A program made the translations under genes and the position numbers. Of a DNA stretch of 64,000 bases, positions 1-12,202 are shown piece by piece; the stretch's first letter is position 1, and each line of letters opens with the position of its first letter. The notes beneath the pieces are model-generated. The model did no database searches. It had not been told where the DNA came from and was given only the letters and a program-made list of their open reading frames with translations. Source of the DNA: Takakia lepidozioides (taxonomy: Eukaryota; Plantae; Bryophyta); the NCBI GenBank assembly GCA_030704615.1, contig CM060731.1, positions 34,844,001-34,908,000 of the forward strand. Reading direction: 5' to 3'.

Positions 1-3000
1 TTGGGATGACATGTTTTGGAGGGAAGCTTCAAGTTTGTATGTTTTTATTTATTTATTTTGGGTGTGTGTTTGTTAGGGATGGACATGTCAACCCTTACCA
101 AAACACATACAAAGCAGCATATGCAAGAAAATGTTGGTTTGATGTGAAAGTTGGCATGCACTTTGCATTTGTAATGTACATTATGAAAATTTGGGGTAGC
201 CCTTTTGGAAAATTCTCAAAGCCCCTCAACAAGCTTGGTCAAAGCAAATAAAGGTTTTTTTCAAAGCAAAAATTTAAAAAAACTTTCCCAGAAAAACAAT
301 ATAATCTCTCAAACCCAACGGTGAAAATTCCTGAAATTTGGGTAGATGGTGTAGAGGCCAACTAGATATGTATGTGTATGGTTCATTTTTGTGAATGAAT
401 GCTGGTAGATGGGTAGCCCCCGATTAGTTCCAAGGGGTAGTAGTTTTTGAGAGAGGAAAAATTCACCTTGTAAGGAAGCTAAGGATTAACTACCAAATAT
501 CTATATCTAAGCACGTGAGAATGTCGATACCCACCTATAGCTAGATAGGGGTTGGATATAGATTTTTCAAAAATTGTTTGTGTTGGTCTTATCTTGTATA
601 TTAACCTCCGTGAGGGAAAATGAACCCCCGTAATGATGACTGAATGTTAGATCTGAATGCTCCGGTTTTTGTCGCTTTCATGACTTTGGGCAATTACAAT
701 CTCGCTAAGATTTTGTTGTTGGTGTTGCTAGCTCGGGGAATCCACTCCCTATATAGTTTAGGGAATCATGTGCGATAAAGAGGTATTTTGTATGAGGATA
801 TTACTTTTTTCTTTCTTGTTTCATCCACCCTATAATTGTTTGATTTTGTAATATGCACAACTATCTGGCATACTATTGTTTTTATATTTGAATAACATTT
901 GGCTTCATGGTCGTCGGAGACACTTCCATTTATAAGTTAACGAATACTTAGTTGTATGAATGTTTCGCCGTTTCTCTAATAAATGGTCCTCATTCTCACT
1001 GTCTACGTACAACTTGACTCTTCTAACCCAATAACTCTCAATCTTCAATTTGCGTGTTAATTATGCACCTACACCATGCTTTGGACCCAAGTGGGTGAGC
1101 TGGGAATGAACGATTATCTTCAACTAACCACCGTACGAGTAGGGAGAAAGTCCATGGACCAGTGATATGAAATCCCCCAAAATATGTTGTCTCGCCAAGA
1201 TACCCCATAGACTAGTTAGATGAGTGAGCATTCGAGGCATCCACTTTGCCAGGAGGGCCACAATTTGCAACAAAGGGGCAATGATACCAAACCCACCATT
1301 TTTTATTTTTTATTTTATTTTTTCTGGGTTATCTGAGCCCAACTGACCAAGCTCAACGCTTGGGGAAGCAGGAGTTGCACCCCACAAGAAGTTAGGGGAA
1401 ATGGGAGTGCTATGACCCTAGGTTTGCAGGTAACACCATCTTTGTGACCCCATTCGGTATACCACTGGAAAATATGAACTCAATGTTTTGAGCGTTGCTG
1501 GCCCAAACAAGGAATCATAGTGATTAAGGATGGATAGAGACAAGATAGCATCACGCATTCTTGTTAAGGCAGGGCTAGCAACGGCCACTGGAACATGCGG
1601 AGCTCCTCGCCTCCATCCCAACACTCTCTTTAATTTTATCTCGGGTTCCGGTTACTTTCAAAAACCTTAAATAACCAGTGGTTTTCATCAAATAACCGCG
1701 GGTATTGGGTGGTTCTTCAAAAGGTTCTTTGCTCGGTCATTTGAATGCCCTACCTCTGCCAATTCCTAATCGGACTGGTTATTTCATTATTTCACCTCAC
1801 AGGATGATCCAATCACACTGGGGAAGATGCCATTGGAAAGATCTCAGTCTGGGCTACAAGTTTGGATTTTGATGCATGTCAATTAGATCAAAATCCAGGA
1901 AGATGTTTGTTGTTGAAGAAAGGGCCTTCAGGGGTGAACTTCATCCTTCACCCAGTCCAAATGTGAACACATCTCAAAATTTAAAAAAAGGTTGAGAAAA
2001 ACTCAATGGAGGAGCACATTCAGTGTGTCCCGGCCAGCATGCTTTTGGTGAAATTGCACCTCAACCAAAAGAATAGTGACCTTGATATGAGGCAAATCTG
2101 ATAGCCCAACAATGCAGTTTGGATCACAATGAAGGAGCTTCCATCCCACCTCAGCTATTCATATACTGTCCACCACAGCTAGACAGTGTTACAAAGCAAA
2201 GGGAAAAGAACCCAGATTACTGTCTCAATAGTGCTAGCTCTGGTGGGTACTTAGGTGGCAAGTAATGTGGGCATCATTGCAGCGCGAGCCGGGTGGTGGG
2301 TTCCACTGCCCATCTTCTGATTGTTTTCTGCATTGGTTCTGGTAAGGCTGCTACCCTCCACCACACTCTGTTATTTCAATACTGGTAAGGGTAAGTCGTA
2401 AGGGGTGCTAAAATCCACATGTGGATTCTTATCAGTGCTCTAGGGAGTAGTCTATTTCTTGACAGACTAGAAAAGGGGGGGTCACACATTTGTTGTTGTC
2501 CCTTCCACTATCATATTTATATCTAGGTTGTCTTGCAGAACCAGTCACATCATCTGACACAACCGTTGCTCCAACTCGTGAAAGGGGAAACTCAGGGAAT
2601 TATGTCTAGCGCATGGTTAGAAATTGGACCAAGCATATTTGTGCAAGGAAAGGTAATACAAGTAAGGCGGCAGTTGTTTTTTTCTTTAAGGAGGCAGTTG
2701 TTGTAGAGAAGCATGGTGTTGATGGTTTTCCTCACCGTTCAATGTAGGAGGCAGGGTAAGCTCCTATTTCACAGGTTCTGTTAACCCTGCATCATACATG
2801 ATTGTGCATATTTTTTTCCTCTATTGCCAGGCATATGGTAGTTTATGGTACCTCAAAACTGGTGTTGGTGCCTCACAAACCCGAGTGTAGATTGTGGTCT
2901 CAACAATATAAAACCTGCATTGACAGTGAATCCTTCTAGTGATACACTTGCCTCATTTGGCAAGGAGTCATACTTCGTAGGTCTCATCTTCCAAGAAACA

Positions 3001-3331
3001 CATGGACTTTTAGGCCACATACCATGAAGGAAAGATTTGGCTGTGCCTTTAAATGACACTTGTAGCGTAAGGTAGAAGTTCCAGTAGGTATCACCTAGAG
3101 AAGGGATGGGTTTCAACCTTCAATTTTGTTGCGCAAGATTGCTGACTTCTCCAGATTTTAAGGGAACAAAACAGTGTACTACTATCATGCTAGACTAACC
3201 AAATACACGATATAACTCGGTGTAACTTCTCAGCTACCACAGTCTTTGTACAAATCTGTTTACGTATATATATATAAACCATATCTTCAGTTGAGGTTTT
3301 CCTTTTCCCAGGATACATGTGGATCTTCAAA

Positions 3332-6300
3332 CTATGTGGCTGGTGCTGCTGCTGCCTTCGATAGTTCTGGAGAAATTTTCTGCAGATCATTCACATCCGA
3401 AACATTTTAAAGTTTACCATCACTCAAGTCTCTCTCCCATAGTGATACATAGAGGCACTCAAATACACGTAAGGAAACACTTGAATAGATCAATCAGCTT
3501 CAGGCCAAGGTCACTCACTTTTTCAGCTTCTGACTGGCACTGCCGCTGTTTCATCAAGCCTGGTAGTTCATGGTCCAAAATCTCATTGGCCCATGTGTAG
3601 TCCACAGGCACCTGACAGAGCATCAATTCGTGACCAACAAGCAAAAACTCAAGCACAGAAAGTCACTTACAGCCATGTTAAGTGAGAAGCACAGAGTACA
3701 TTAAGCTTCTAGCACATACGCTATCATGAACATGTGTCCTATCCTTGAGAAAGGAGAAGAACACATTACAAAGTACCTCAATCAGTTTCACGCCCACTTT
3801 ATGATAGAGGCATTCATGTAGAAGTTCCGATAACTCATCTGCACTATTGACGCGGTGGCCCTTGGCACCATAGCTGCAGTGAATCATGCATGATGTTTGT
3901 CACAGTATCAGCAGAGTGAGGACAAATTGGGTAGCATCTCCCTTCCTTTTACCCAATTATTACTCTTGTGTGGCAGCTCCAGTCATCTCTGGAATAAAAT
4001 CACATGAAATTTTATGATTCTCGATTTTGGATGCCTAAATTAACTGATTTTACAGAGTATATAATAGATGCAATTATAAGCCACAGCTTGCAACATTGAA
4101 ACTACCATATGGTGTATTTGAAGCTCTTTAACCCTCTCCCTTAGCTCCCCTTCCTTTTGTGTTCCGCTCAAACTGGGCGCGGTGTCAATGGCCACAAGGC
4201 TACTGCAAACAGAGTCTTAAGAGAACATTCTCTCTTAACTGCCTCAGCTGAGAAGCAGCTTTTGGAGTTGGTGCAAGATTTTTAAAACTTTGCTCACCTG
4301 TTTGCATAAGCCACAAAATCAGGGTTTGTCAAATCTAGCCCAAATCTGCAAGACGCAATTTCACAAAACAAAGATTAGCTTCCATCAGAATGAAAACTTA
4401 GACAAAGCTTGCTTATACAAAGTACAAGCTACCGTTAAGAACCAAAGATGAAGACAAAACAAAGAAGACTGAGATCAATGAAAAGTGGAGGAGGATGAGG
4501 AGAGGATGCAGAAACTCACTTCTGAAATCCAACTCCGTTTTGCTTCCACTTTATCATTCCAAATGCATTATCGTTCAAAACGATCACAGTTAAGTTTAGT
4601 TGTAAGCGCACTGCCGTTTCCATCTCCTGCACATCCTCTTACTATCGTAGTAAGTATCTCACTTACCAAGGTTTTGCCTCCTCAACTCCTGTGTGCAACT
4701 CTATCTCTATCTCCCTAAATTGTTAAAACTCATTAAGAAATCATAATAACAGACTGAGAAAGGGATCAGAGAAACCATGCCTGCGAATTCATCATAAAGC
4801 CTCCATCACCACAGAGGGCCACGACTTTCTTGTCTGGGTGAAGTAGTGCCACTGCTATTGCTGATGGTAGCCCTGCACCCATGGATGCTAGGGCATTGTC
4901 CAAAAGCACCGTGTTAGGCAGAAAGGCCTGCCCACCCACCCACCATTGCCCTTCATTTGACTAAGTCAAGTAGTTTTTTGTGCAACGATTATCAACACAA
5001 AGTTGAATCTTTCGTTTCTCCCAAAGAACTGCTAGTCAAGTGCTACAAGGTCTGTTGAAGGAATACAATGAAACAATGAATGAGTAATATGGCCAACTTC
5101 CTCCTTTTGATGCTATAAGACTCTTTCATTTTGCCGAAATTATCTAGTCCCTAAAACATTCAGGGTTGTGCACAAACATTGACGTGGGAGGATAGGCAAA
5201 AGGAGACCGCACCTTGTAGCATCTTGCAAACCAAATCTTGTACAATCCTGCCCAAATAAAGAGAGGTATATATTTAGCTACATGCCACTCTCTTTCTCAA
5301 GGAGTTCCTCTGCTTGTTTGTGCTCTTCTCTAACTGTGCTCTGCTTAGGAAGGCTGCAGCAGACAAAGAGGACAATGGAAGGTAAAGAGGTTTGAGAAGG
5401 GGAACAAATTTACTCACCATTGTCCAAGCAAATAACACCATCATCTGGCATCTGTTTCCTGCATGTCAGCAGTTTTCGGAGTATAAGACTTTGTCTCTCG
5501 CAGGGAAGGAAATTGTAGACCTCTACAGCCTCTAAGAATGACCTCGTCAGTAAAGTTACAGAAGGGGGTAATGCAAGAATAGAAGAACAAAATTCAAGGG
5601 GAGGAAAGGAGACCAGTTGTCTGATCGTTGTCAAGAACCTTTGAAACTTCTCTTTTGCTGGCTGACATGCAAAGACGAGACTACTTGCACATATTACTAA
5701 GAAGGAGTTCATCAACTTGTTGAATACCGTAGATCAGAAACAATTCGTTGAGGCATCAACGGAAAGCGAGGGTCATCTGCACCCTTGCACAAGTGCTGCT
5801 CCAGCTCTTCTCTCACCTACACCATAGACCACAATCACACGCTTCACAACTCACCATAACACTCCACCTTGTGGCAGGAAAGGCTATCATAATTCTTTGT
5901 CCTTTTTGACCCCCACGATTCCCTGTCCATACTGTCCTCTATTGTACCATCTTTTTACGGGTGTCTGTCTGTTCCTTTGCATCAGAAAGTGCTGGAACTG
6001 ATTGCACATACTTTTCAGCTAGAGTAGGCTCTACAGCCCACATGCAGTCTCCAAGTTATCTTTCCTCAACTTCACCCTGACATTCCACCACACCATTGCA
6101 AGCAGTGACTCTGTCTGTACCCTCACTTCTAAAGGTAAGACCAACATTTAGGACCAATATACCTGCATCATAAAAGAAAAATCCCAGTGGGATTGTGGCT
6201 GCAAGTGCTCCTTAATCTGCCAAATTGCATTGGCTATGTCTCCCACCACGTCCAGCTGCACAAAAGAAGCCCCACACTGGTCAATGCGTACCGCTCATAT

Positions 6301-9300
6301 CCTCCCTTGAAGATTCATTGCAGGGCTGTGACATGGAGCAACCCCTGACCCAGTTCCTCGCCACTAGGTAGCAATGCCACCCACTTGTATTCTCTTGCAT
6401 AGTGTCAGTCTTGGCTGGATGCCAGTCCACACAAGCGACATTGCAAGAAAAAGCATGGAAGAGCCAACCTGAGGGAAATATATGTTGTCCACTTTTGCAG
6501 TGTAGAAGTTGACATGGATGACAAGGGGTTTTTTTCCATGTCTGCCAAGCCCACGCATCCACCATCTCTTAATTGACACACAGATCATGCCCTTTTGGTG
6601 TACTTACTTTTTTTACTGCTTTAATCCCAAAAACAAAACACCTATGAAAATGCTGCATCCTGTGCCACAAATCTGCATCTTTTGATTACCATGGGTGATA
6701 CTGTGTGACCAGAGACATTCCCTTTGGTTTCTGATGAGGATATCTGGCAAGTCAATTATGAGAGTAAGTGAAAACAATTATTGCACACATAAAACCTGTC
6801 ACCTGCATTATTCACCAAATATAGCATTCATAGATTCCTTCTTTCTCTTGTGCCATAAGCTCCTCGGGATTGTCATGGACGTTACAAACTTTCTTATAAA
6901 GTACTATCATTTCATTCCCCTCTTTCCTTCTGGCTGCCTGCACAACGGGCAATTGCACTCTCCTTTCCTTTCAGCCCTGAGTTTAAATTTCAGAGGACAA
7001 ATATTCATTTTCTGATTCACTGTCCGGGGTTCTCTCACCAGAGAGACACTCTCCTCAAATCTATCAAGGGAATTGTCCCTGTACCTCTGTTTATCAACTT
7101 TGAAAGTCTTGAGGCTGAGCCAAAAGCCCAGGCCCTTTTGGGGCCTAGTTATTGGGCAAACCATACACAGCAGATTGATGCTTGTCTGAAGGGATTTCTA
7201 GAGGATATCTGGAAAACCCGGATCAATTTTTTTTTCCAAGGTAAGTCTTACTACTGACGTCAGCCCCTGACAAAGGTAGGTTCTGTCCCTTCGTGTTCCG
7301 CTCAAACTGGGCGCGGGGTCAATGGCCACAAGGCTACGGCAAACAACGTCTTATGAGTACATTCTCTGTCCTCTCACTCCATACAAAAAGAGACATGCAT
7401 AGCCAGCCAGTCACTAACAGTACATACCCACAGTTGAGATGTGACGGAGGGAGAAAAGGTGAGTATCACATACTGCATAATGAAGGGGGGTTTCTCAACG
7501 ACATCATGCCCAACATTAATGATCAAATCTGCTTTCTCAATACACAGATGTACATAGTCATTGGCTGACAAAGCGCAGCATCCTAAATACAGTGGATGGG
7601 CCTCTGCAATGATTACAATAGTGGATTAGATCCCTGTCTCTCTTTGTTCTTCTACATGGTCGATGTATTTAATGCTTCCATAAATCTTTTGATCTTTATC
7701 TAGCATATACTGGTTGAAAATTTGTATGAGGAAACACAAACGGAGTCTGGGTGTGACGAGGTACATCACAACAGGCATCAACACTGCTCAGGGCAGCTCG
7801 GATATTGCACAAATGTTTATTACTAATAAAAACTTGACACTTGTCAGACACTACAGGGAGTCCACATGGAGCATACAGGACATCTAGAAGATGCCCTAAA
7901 ACCCCTATTCCCAGGGAAGCCACATACTAGTAAATTCCTGATGGAGCTAAGAGATATACCGGTGATAACACCCTTGCCCATTTGAGTTGTGATGAAAGGA
8001 ATCTTAAATTGGTCCACAAACTCACGGAGCCTGCCAGTCACATGGAGTTAGATCGAGTTGGAGAGTTATGACATCACCTGATTGCATTTCAGTAGGGGAA
8101 CCTCACATACTAAACAACTTACACCAGGTAGAGATCATCAAGCCTTAGATTGAGGATATAGGGAAGGCTAAAAGGATGGGAAAGTGTGATGGCCAACACT
8201 CACATCTTGAGCGTGTGTTTACGATTGGCCCCAGCCCCTACAAGTAAAAGTGGATGAGAAGCAGCATGTATCAATTCCACAGCTCTTGCAATGGCCTTCC
8301 CCTCTGCAATTGGCCGCCTCACTGGGTACACTGGAAATGGCTCTGCATTGGTAGTGGTGCCAGCAATGTCTTCAGGCAACTCCAGATGCACTGCACCTGG
8401 TCGTTCCTCCTCTGCCACTCTCATCCCCTCCCTCACCAATGATGGCACCAAATCTCCATCCACAATCTGTTTCGTGAACTGTATCCATTGTGCGAGACAG
8501 GTGCTGTCATTACACTCAGCAGTTTGTCCAGCTAAAAATAGCTGGATTTTCATCAATGACAACAACAGAAATTCTTCCTGGAAGAAACAGCCAAACAGAG
8601 TGGACGAGAGAAGACTCCGGCAGAAGCCAGCGTAAACATGAGCCCTTCCACTTGCTGGTACTGCCCACTCTCAGGCGTGGACTTTGAGCCTACACAGAAT
8701 TGAAACCTTCGTCCTGCCCTGTTTATTTTCTCATGCTTTTTGTACGTCATTAGAAGTAGATGCTGTACAATCCTCAGAATACCACACCAGGGCTCCATCC
8801 TGCTCACCTTCTCTCATAACCACACTTGCTCATACATACCTCAGGGACCTCTTCCCTTATCTGATGCACTGGACTGTAAAGCAGGTATAAAATCCCTCAC
8901 TGAAGAAAAGAGCGAAACAACATGCTCAAGGGCAGTTAACTTGCAGAATGAATGCAACAGTGGCACAGTGTCCACTTGGCAGCTTAAAACCTCTCCTTCC
9001 TTGACTAATACAAGACAGACCTACCTTAGTGATGGGTCGCATGTTTTCCACAATGTCCACAATTTGAAAAGAGCCTTGCTTGCTCTGCCGGATTGGTTTC
9101 TGCCCTGTGATCATCATCTGATTCCCACATCCAGCCCATGATTTTCAGTTATACATGACACCAGTCATGAATTCAACATGTCTTTAGTCCCCCAGTCCAT
9201 CTTCCACCCTCCCGCTCCCTCCACCCCTTTCTCCTGTCCAGACAATCAAATCACTGCAAAGTTGCTAACAAAGGGCTGAGTCTAGTATACTCTGGTGGGC

Positions 9301-10258
9301 TGAAGGCTCCACAACAGCTCTGCTCCCGTGACAGTTGTATTCAAGGGCTCTACGTCCTCACAATGGTGAGTCATGGCCAATGTTCACAGGAAGAGTCAAG
9401 GAGATAGCACTCCATCACATACACACACCATCCTTGGCCCCTCCCCTCCCCTCCCCTCCAGGTGTATTGAACAACACACAAAGGTGGTAAGAGGGTCACC
9501 ATGGGGAAGCCAGCCAATTGGGCATAGGCAGCTGCTGTCGCGAAATTGGTGGCACCAGGGCCAAGGGTGGACAAGCATACTCCAGTCTTGCCAGTGAGAC
9601 GACCCACTGTGGCTGCCATAAATCCCGCAGCCTGCTCATGTCGTGTCAACACCAGCTTTATACGCGACCTTCTCAGCGACTCCAGGAGGTCCAAGTTCTC
9701 TTCTCCAGGTATCCCAAAAATGTATCTGCCCAGACCAACATTACACTCCGTAAATATCACTGAACATATGTTCGACATGCACGCACGTTCATTCTTTAGG
9801 ATGGGAATTTGCAGCAAGGAAGCACCCTGAGCAATGAAAGGATCCCAAATTCTCTTCCCAGAAACAAGACACCCTCCATCACCATCAAGTCAACATCTCA
9901 TGTATGTATGGCAAGCTAAAAATTTCTCCGAGTCCAAAACGTACTTGTTGTAATAGATGATAAGGAAGAACACTGCCAGGACCCATCACGCTAAGCTAGA
10001 CAAGCATGCCAAAATCCTCCACGTAGTTCCCAAATTGATTGAGCTACACAACGAACCTCGGCTAAAGAGACGAGAAGTGTCAGCAGAGTCATTGCAAGAA
10101 AGGAATCTCTCAATCCAAAACACGAGTCAAGTTGTTGCCAGCTTCACAGGAAGGAACATGACAGGAAGAGTTGCAGGTCGCTCCACTTACTCAATGTTCT
10201 CATTCTCCAGAGCCTGAACCATAACATCCGATGTCTTCCGCTTACCATCCTGCCCCAT
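3332..10258 (-). CDS. Acetolactate synthase large subunit, bacterial PRK08322-like type (ThDP-dependent), 17 exons, ~577 aa
   Basis: Manually spliced exons: 10258-10191, 9725-9500, 9117-9025, 8478-8204, 8030-7960, 7603-7474, 6541-6469, 6255-6163, 5816-5728, 5458-5418, 5247-5213, 4927-4781, 4626-4520, 4345-4298, 3873-3777, 3611-3519, 3379-3332. Together they give 1734 nt in one open frame. Motifs: YIFGIPGEENLDLL, LTRHEQAAGFMAAT.GRLTGK.GVCLSTLGPGATN, ITGQKPIRQSKQGSFQIVD, RPGAVHLELPEDIA, LDNALASMGAGLP, and the ThDP motif GDGGFMMNSQE...LNDNAFGMIKWKQ. The last exon is less certain (alternative stop at 3459). Confidence 0.92.
4147..4232 (+). mobile_element. Non-LTR retrotransposon family A, extreme 3' fragment (in ALS intron)
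   Basis: Matches the 3' end of the 26005-26823 copy (gttccgctcaaactgggcgc...ggccacaaggctac...gtctta.gag.acattctct). Imperfect TSD tctcccttagct (4135-4146) / tctctcttaact (4229-4240). Confidence 0.75.
6928..7348 (+). mobile_element. Non-LTR retrotransposon family A, 3' fragment with 5' inversion (in ALS intron)
   Basis: 6992-7348 is colinear with about 26456-26825. 6928-6993 is the reverse complement of the adjacent upstream LINE segment (ctgaaatttaaactcagggc...gagtgcaattgcccgttgtg). Confidence 0.85.
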
Positions 10259-10809
10259 AGTTACAGGGAATGGTGCTCCCTTCCTCAGATTGCTCTTGGG
10301 ATCACTGCTGCAGATATGTAGAGCAGAAGGAAAGAGCAGACGAACTGGCCATCGCTCGATGCTGTGTAGGTGGCAGAAAAGGGGCGACACGTGCGACTTC
10401 CACTCAAACCTTAACAACAATCAATCATGTTTGCACACAAGTCTGATCAATTCTTCTTCATTTGGTGGAAGCATCTGTCTGTTTCCTGCAAATTCCTGTA
10501 TGTGGAAGAACTTTAGAGTTGTGGAAATGAAATGAGGATCCCAATGGAGGATGGGTTACTTGTTGTGAGAATAACCATGCTTGAAGAGCAATTGCAAATT
10601 GTTATGAGATCTAAAAAGCAATGAGGTTGTTGGGCTGTGAAAGGGTTAATGGCTCAAGTTATTCCATTGCATCTCATTTGTAAGCAGTCTGAAGAATTCT
10701 GGCAAACAGTAGAAATGTTAGTGAGTGCAAGTCTAAACCCTTGCATTTGATTCCATTCAGCAAAAGAAAAAGCTCATTGTCAATCTTGAAAGAATTTAGG
10801 AGACAGCAT

Positions 10810-12130
10810 CTTCTATTTGATGGGAGTACAAGCAACCATGGCTAACAGGAGAATCATGAAGGTAGCTACAGGGTTGTTTGGGTTTAGACACAAAACTAGG
10901 ACACTGACCAGTAGCTCTCTGATGAGCCCAGTGAAGCCCCGACAACATTTACAACCAATCTTGTCAGGTGTCAGCCCTCTTTGGCAGAACCTCAACTGCC
11001 ATGTACAGAAAAAACGTTGTGGAGCATACAGTTGGTAATCTTGAACAGTCACACTGCCAAAATGTGAATGGAAGGAACGAACAATCGGATTTCTTCCCTC
11101 GCAGTGGTAAGCATTTGAATCCCAATCTATAGGCCAGACTGTGATCAAGCTCAGCACTAACAGGGTGACAAATACACTCACTCCAGCCTTGCCTCATCAT
11201 CCTTTGCCGATTGAGTGACTTAAACCAAACGCTTGCAATGACAAGAGACTTCATCGGGAATGGCTTGCAACTCTACTTGTTATTCCAGGAGGGCGTCCAG
11301 GGCCGTCAACTTGTTGTCCTCTTCACTAGAAGCTGCTGCGTCAGCAGGGCCACGGGTGGAGTGTCTGACAGCAGCACTAGATTCTCCATTGACCTGGCTT
11401 CCACATCTTGGGTGGCACTCTTGAAATGATTCCTCACTGTGGTACTCATTCTCCGTAGCATAGACAACCTGCGAAGACCTACATCTTTGCCTGATTTGAT
11501 CGAAAATCTCAAAATGTAAGCTGCTTCACAACAATTCCCCGAAATGTGTCTTGGACAACCACTTAGCTGAACCGCTACCAGCATCACCGTACAAGGTTCT
11601 GCCAAGACGAATTCCCAACTTCACCTCCAGCAGGATGCCTGAAGTGTCTGTCCAAAGCAGATTGAATGGCTGTCACAAAGAGGTGGGAGCGACAGCAGGC
11701 AATCATGCAGGGCCCACATCTCTTGCATGTTCTCAAAGATCCCCACCATGGTTACAGATGAGTAGTCCCTGTCCACTGCTATTCTGTTTATAGTCTCCAG
11801 CAAACAAATCCATAACCCTTCGCCTGGTACAGGGGAGGACCAATATCTGTTCATACAAACAAGAACACAATCAACGTAGAACCTTGCCTTATTGGTCAGA
11901 CACGTGTAAGGTCAACAATTAGACATCATCCACTCACAGTATGACCTTTTGAAGGAGCCATCTACAATTTTTTAACTGTCAAGAAGACTACGACTACTGG
12001 TAGACATGATAGAAATTACCTGCATATTGCTTTGTAGTGAATCTCGGCATGTGGATTGAAGGAGACAGCGTGCAACCATACACTGATCTGCGTAGTTTCC
12101 AGCATGAGAAGATGTCAGTCAACTCCACAC
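10810..12130 (-). pseudogene. HAT1: Degenerate partial duplicate of HAT1 (3' UTR, last exon and one internal exon)
   Basis: 11178-11847 aligns by eye to HAT1 last exon 37957-38820 (LLETINRIAVDRD vs LLETVNRIAVDRD) with frameshifts. About 12020-12090 matches HAT1 exon 41219-41290 (gaaggagacagcgtgcaaccatac). 10810-11170 resembles the 3' flank at about 37580-37950. Confidence 0.85.
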
Positions 12131-12202
12131 GAAATTTAGTCAAAAGATCGCCTCAAAAAGAGTCTAACTGCAAGTTGCTAGCCGAACTTCAAAATCCGAG
12201 GA

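Noticed and set aside
1-3120. Short ORFs and possible TE-derived AT-rich repeats at the window start
   Set aside because: No recognisable domain, termini or second copy in the window.
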